This document shows positions 60,746 to 64,000 of a stretch of DNA of 64,000 nt, piece after piece. Numbering within the stretch: position 1 is the first letter of the stretch; every line of letters begins with the position of its first letter. The translations under genes were made by a program, and so were the position numbers. Source of the stretch: Acidobacteriia bacterium AH_259_A11_L15. Its GTDB lineage: Bacteria; Acidobacteriota; Terriglobia; Acidiferrales; 2-02-FULL-67-57. The notes beneath the pieces are model-generated. The model saw only the letters and a program-made list of their open reading frames with translations, did not search any database and had not been told where the DNA came from. The stretch is taken from assembly GCA_027717655.1 (NCBI GenBank), contig JALLOH010000002.1, forward strand, positions 3,474 to 67,473, read 5' to 3'.

Positions 60746-61003
60746 ATGAACAAGAGACAACTCATCGTGCTCTGGCTGCTGGCGGCGTGGCTGGCGTTCT
60801 CGTTTCTCTACGCCGCCCGCCACATGGAAGAGCCCGGGCTGTGGCAGCGCACGCGAGCGCGGGTCTCACGAGAAGGCCCACCCGAGCCCGGAGTCCGCTA
60901 TGATTTTGTCTGGGAGCGCGACGCCGGCACGTTCCTTATGCTGGCCGTCCCCGGCCTGATCCTCGGGATCCCGCTCATCTTGACGCTCGGCCGCAAGAGA
61001 TGA
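60746..61003 (+). CDS. Small two-helix membrane protein between pheS and pheT
   Basis: Two hydrophobic helices; AAAGG RBS; ends 5 nt before pheT. Confidence 0.7.
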   Translation: MNKRQLIVLWLLAAWLAFSFLYAARHMEEPGLWQRTRARVSREGPPEPGVRYDFVWERDAGTFLMLAVPGLILGIPLILTLGRKR

Positions 61004-61007
61004 CGCG

Positions 61008-63053
61008 ATGAAGATCCTGCTCCAGTGGCTGAAAGAATACGTCGACTCCGGCGTGGCGCCGGAGAAGCTTGCCGCCGACCTGACCCTGGCGGGGATGGCG
61101 ATGGAGGGGCTGAGCGAGACGGAGGCCGGGCCCCTGCTCGAGTTGGAAATCACCACCAACCGCCCCGACTTGATGAGCCACTACGGCGTGGCCCGCGAGG
61201 TCAGCGCGCTCTACGCCAAACCGCTCAAGCCCATTGAGCCCCAGCCGGTGGAAGTGGCCGACCTGGCCGCCGGCGCCGCCAAGGTGGAGATCGAGGCACC
61301 CGATCTGTGCCACCGCTACGCGGCGCTGGTGCTGTGCAACCTCAAGGTGCAGCCCTCGCCCGAGTGGCTGCGGAAGCGCCTGGAAGCCTGCGGGATTGCT
61401 TCCATCAACAACATCGTGGACGTCACCAACTACGTCCTGCTCGAGCTCGGCCACCCCACCCACGCCTTCGACCTCGACACCCTGGCCGAGAAGCGCATCG
61501 TGGTGCGGGCCGCCAAGGCCGGCGAGAAAATCACCACCCTCGACGGCGTCGCGCGCACCCTGAAGCCGCATCATCTCGTCATCGCCGACGCCAAGCGCCC
61601 GGTGGCGCTGGCCGGCATCCTGGGCGGGGCGGCGATGGAGATCAGCCTGCGCACCAAGAACGTCTTGCTCGAGTCGGCCTGGTTCGAACCGGTGACTACT
61701 CGCCGGGCGGCGAAAGACCTGGGCTTGCGCACGGAAGCCAGCGCCCGCTTCGAGCGCGGCCTGGACGTGGAGGCCCCGGTGCGTGCGGCGCGTCGCTGCG
61801 CGGAACTCTTCCTGGAGCTGGCCGGCGGCGAACTGCTCTCCGGTGTCATTGACGTCTACCCCCGCCGCTGGGACGTGCCCGAAATCACGCTTCGCCAGGG
61901 GGAAATCCTGCGCACTTTGGGCGAGGCGCTGCCCGCGGCTCTGGTCGAGCGCCTCCTGGCCGCGCTGGGCTTTGTGGCCGCCCGCGCCGACCAGGATTCC
62001 TGGCGGGTAGCCACGCCCTCCTGGCGGCGGGACGTCAGCCGCGAGATTGACCTGATCGAAGAATTGGCTCGTCACTACGGCTATGACAAGTTCCCCGCTC
62101 GCTTGCCGCCCGCGCGCCAGCCGGTGGTGCTCCGGCCCCACGCCCAGGCGGAAGCCGCGCTGCGGCGGGCGCTGGAGGCGCAGGGCTTCGACGAAGCGGT
62201 CTGCTTTACGCCCGTCCACCCCAAGGACGCAGAAAAATTCCTGGCGCCCGGCGAAGAGCTGGCGCGCCTGCGCAACCCCATCTCGGAAGAAACCTCCGTG
62301 TTGCGCCCCTCGGGCTTGCTGAGCCTGGTGGAGACGCTGGCCTGGAACGTGAACCGGGGCCAGCGCCACCTGCGCTTGTATGAAATCGGCAAAGCCTACG
62401 CGGTACGCGAAGGCCGCTTCCAGGAGCGCCGAGTACTGACCCTGGCGCTGACCGGCTTGCTGCGGGAGAAGAGCGTGCACGAGGACGAGCAGCCGGCCGA
62501 CTTCTTCGCCCTGAAAGGTGCGGTGGAGGCAGCGCTCCAGCCCTTCGCGCTTCCGCCTTTCGGCTTCCGCCCCTGCGACCTTGCCTGCTTCCAGTCGGGC
62601 GAGCGCGCCACGGTCGAGGCTGGCAGCCAGCGCCTGGGCGTGCTGGGCCGGCTGAGTTCGACGCTGGCGACCGACTTCAAGCTGCGCCAGGCGGCGTTTC
62701 TGGCCGAGCTCGACCTGGAGGGGCTCTATGCCGCCAGGCTGCTCGCTCCGGAGTATCGGCCGGTTCCGCGCTTCCCGGGGGTGACGCGCGACTTTTCGCT
62801 CCTGCTCGACTTGCCGGTCAGCTTCGGCTCGGTCCGGCGGACGATTGAGAGTCTGGGCCTGCCCGAGCTGGTGGCGGTGGCGGCCGTGGACCGCTTTCGG
62901 GGCGGCGCCCTCCCCGCCGACAAATACAGCTTGCTGGTGCGCGTCACCTTCCAGAGCCACGAGCGCACTCTGACCGACGAGGAGATCCGGTCGGCTTCGG
63001 GGCGAATCGTTAGAGCGCTGGAAAAGGAGTTGGGCGCCAAGCTGCGCGCGTAG
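61008..63053 (+). CDS. pheT: Phenylalanine-tRNA ligase beta subunit (short form)
   Basis: EITTNRPD, NNIVDVTNYV, TEASARFERG, REIDLIEE, FP...RDFS. Confidence 0.97.
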   Translation: MKILLQWLKEYVDSGVAPEKLAADLTLAGMAMEGLSETEAGPLLELEITTNRPDLMSHYGVAREVSALYAKPLKPIEPQPVEVADLAAGAAKVEIEAPDLCHRYAALVLCNLKVQPSPEWLRKRLEACGIASINNIVDVTNYVLLELGHPTHAFDLDTLAEKRIVVRAAKAGEKITTLDGVARTLKPHHLVIADAKRPVALAGILGGAAMEISLRTKNVLLESAWFEPVTTRRAAKDLGLRTEASARFERGLDVEAPVRAARRCAELFLELAGGELLSGVIDVYPRRWDVPEITLRQGEILRTLGEALPAALVERLLAALGFVAARADQDSWRVATPSWRRDVSREIDLIEELARHYGYDKFPARLPPARQPVVLRPHAQAEAALRRALEAQGFDEAVCFTPVHPKDAEKFLAPGEELARLRNPISEETSVLRPSGLLSLVETLAWNVNRGQRHLRLYEIGKAYAVREGRFQERRVLTLALTGLLREKSVHEDEQPADFFALKGAVEAALQPFALPPFGFRPCDLACFQSGERATVEAGSQRLGVLGRLSSTLATDFKLRQAAFLAELDLEGLYAARLLAPEYRPVPRFPGVTRDFSLLLDLPVSFGSVRRTIESLGLPELVAVAAVDRFRGGALPADKYSLLVRVTFQSHERTLTDEEIRSASGRIVRALEKELGAKLRA

Positions 63054-63059
63054 GCGAAC

Positions 63060-63332
63060 ATGGACGACGCGACCCGCAACGGCTTCCGGAAGCTGGAGGA
63101 GCTGGAGAAGAAGATTTCGAGGGCAGTCGAAAACTTGAAGACGTTGCGCGCGGAGCGCGACGCCGCCCGGGCGGAAGCCGAAAAACTCCGGGCCGGCTTG
63201 AAAGAGCGCGGCGAGACCCTGCGGCAGCTCGAAGGCCAACTGGCCGAGTTCCGGGCCGAGCGCGAGCAGGTGCGCAGCCGCATCGAGCAGCTTGTGGCCC
63301 AAATTGATTCCCTCACCGAGGAACAGCTATGA
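63060..63332 (+). CDS. ZapB-like coiled-coil cell division protein
   Basis: LEELEKKI.RAVE...L coiled coil; ATGA overlap with zapA. Confidence 0.7.
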   Translation: MDDATRNGFRKLEELEKKISRAVENLKTLRAERDAARAEAEKLRAGLKERGETLRQLEGQLAEFRAEREQVRSRIEQLVAQIDSLTEEQL

Positions 63333-63637
63333 AGAAGGAACTTCGTGTGCAGATTTACGGGCAGGCGCTCACCCTGAGCGGCGATTTGGAGCCCGGCTAT
63401 GTCGAACGATTGGCCGGCACCGTCGACCGCAAGATGCACGCCCTGGCCGCGCAGACCCAAACCCTCGATACTCGCCGCCTGGCTATCCTGGCGGCGCTGA
63501 ACCTGGCCGATGCGTTGGAGCAATTGCAAGCGAAAGTCGAAAGCCAGCCCGCCGCGCTGCCGCGGGAGTTCGCCTCCCGCTTGGAAGAGTGCAACCGGCA
63601 GCTCGAGTCCGTCTTGAGGGGGGCCGCCCGGCCCTAG
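63329..63637 (+). CDS. zapA: Cell division protein ZapA
   Basis: V.IYGQ, LA..VDRKM, RLAILAALNLAD. Confidence 0.92.
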   Translation: MKKELRVQIYGQALTLSGDLEPGYVERLAGTVDRKMHALAAQTQTLDTRRLAILAALNLADALEQLQAKVESQPAALPREFASRLEECNRQLESVLRGAARP

Positions 63638-63739
63638 GGCAATCCGGGTGCCAAACTTCCCTGAATCGCTTCCTCGTTTTTTTCTCGCCTAATTTTCGCT
63701 TGACGCCGCCAGCGAAAGCCGCACTAGAATGGTAGTGGA

Positions 63740-63923
63740 CTACGCCTGCGACGTTCGTGAGGGTGCTCGGGATAAACTGAGCCAACAGACGAAGAATGGG
63801 AGTTCGGGTCGCGTGCTGGTGAGCATGTCCCGAATCTTCGGGAAAGCCTAAAGGCGCGCGCAGAACACCCACCTGAACGTACGGTTCAGGCTACCAAGTG
63901 CCCCACGGCGCCGGCGGACGTAG
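63740..63923 (+). ncRNA. ssrS: 6S RNA
   Basis: Downstream of zapA; about 184 nt with pairing ends CTACG/CGTAG; GGGAG..CCCACC and CTGAAC..GGTTCA motifs; upstream TTGACG...TAGAAT. Confidence 0.8.
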
Positions 63924-64000
63924 TTCTCTTTTTGGCCGCGCGCGGCTACCCAGTCGCGGGCGCCTCTGCTACACTCGCCGCTTCCCTATGAAAGTTCTCT

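Noticed and set aside
60975..63302. 775-aa minus-strand ORF
   Set aside because: Antisense shadow of pheT and the zapB-like gene

Overview
GC-rich bacterial chromosome segment, probably Acidobacteria. The inference rests on tandem acidobacterial-type VWA genes, a short PheT and an MXAN_5187-like gene. Most of it is housekeeping: pyk, gpmI, eno, rpsU, acpS, rlmN, purB, purH, larB, ubiX-ubiA-mqnE, efp, selA, thrS-infC-rpmI-rplT-pheS-pheT and zapB-zapA-6S RNA. Several features are not explained by the ORF track. (1) Two in-frame TGA codons sit at cysteine-motif positions, each followed by a similar SECIS-like hairpin: an AhpD-like CxxU protein and an unusual U-G-C-P protein, with selA in the same window. 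(2) A REP-associated tyrosine transposase lies between eno and gpmI with its own palindrome family, three copies of which form its 5' coding region. (3) A 23-24 nt hairpin micro-element with covarying stems nests inside itself and other repeats; palindromic inserts also occur in frame in purH (five), selA and ubiA. (4) An integron-like attI plus two attC cassette array has no integrase in the window. (5) There are possible ACG start codons, gene remnants and a candidate structured RNA. All family assignments come from motif recognition; no database searches were run.
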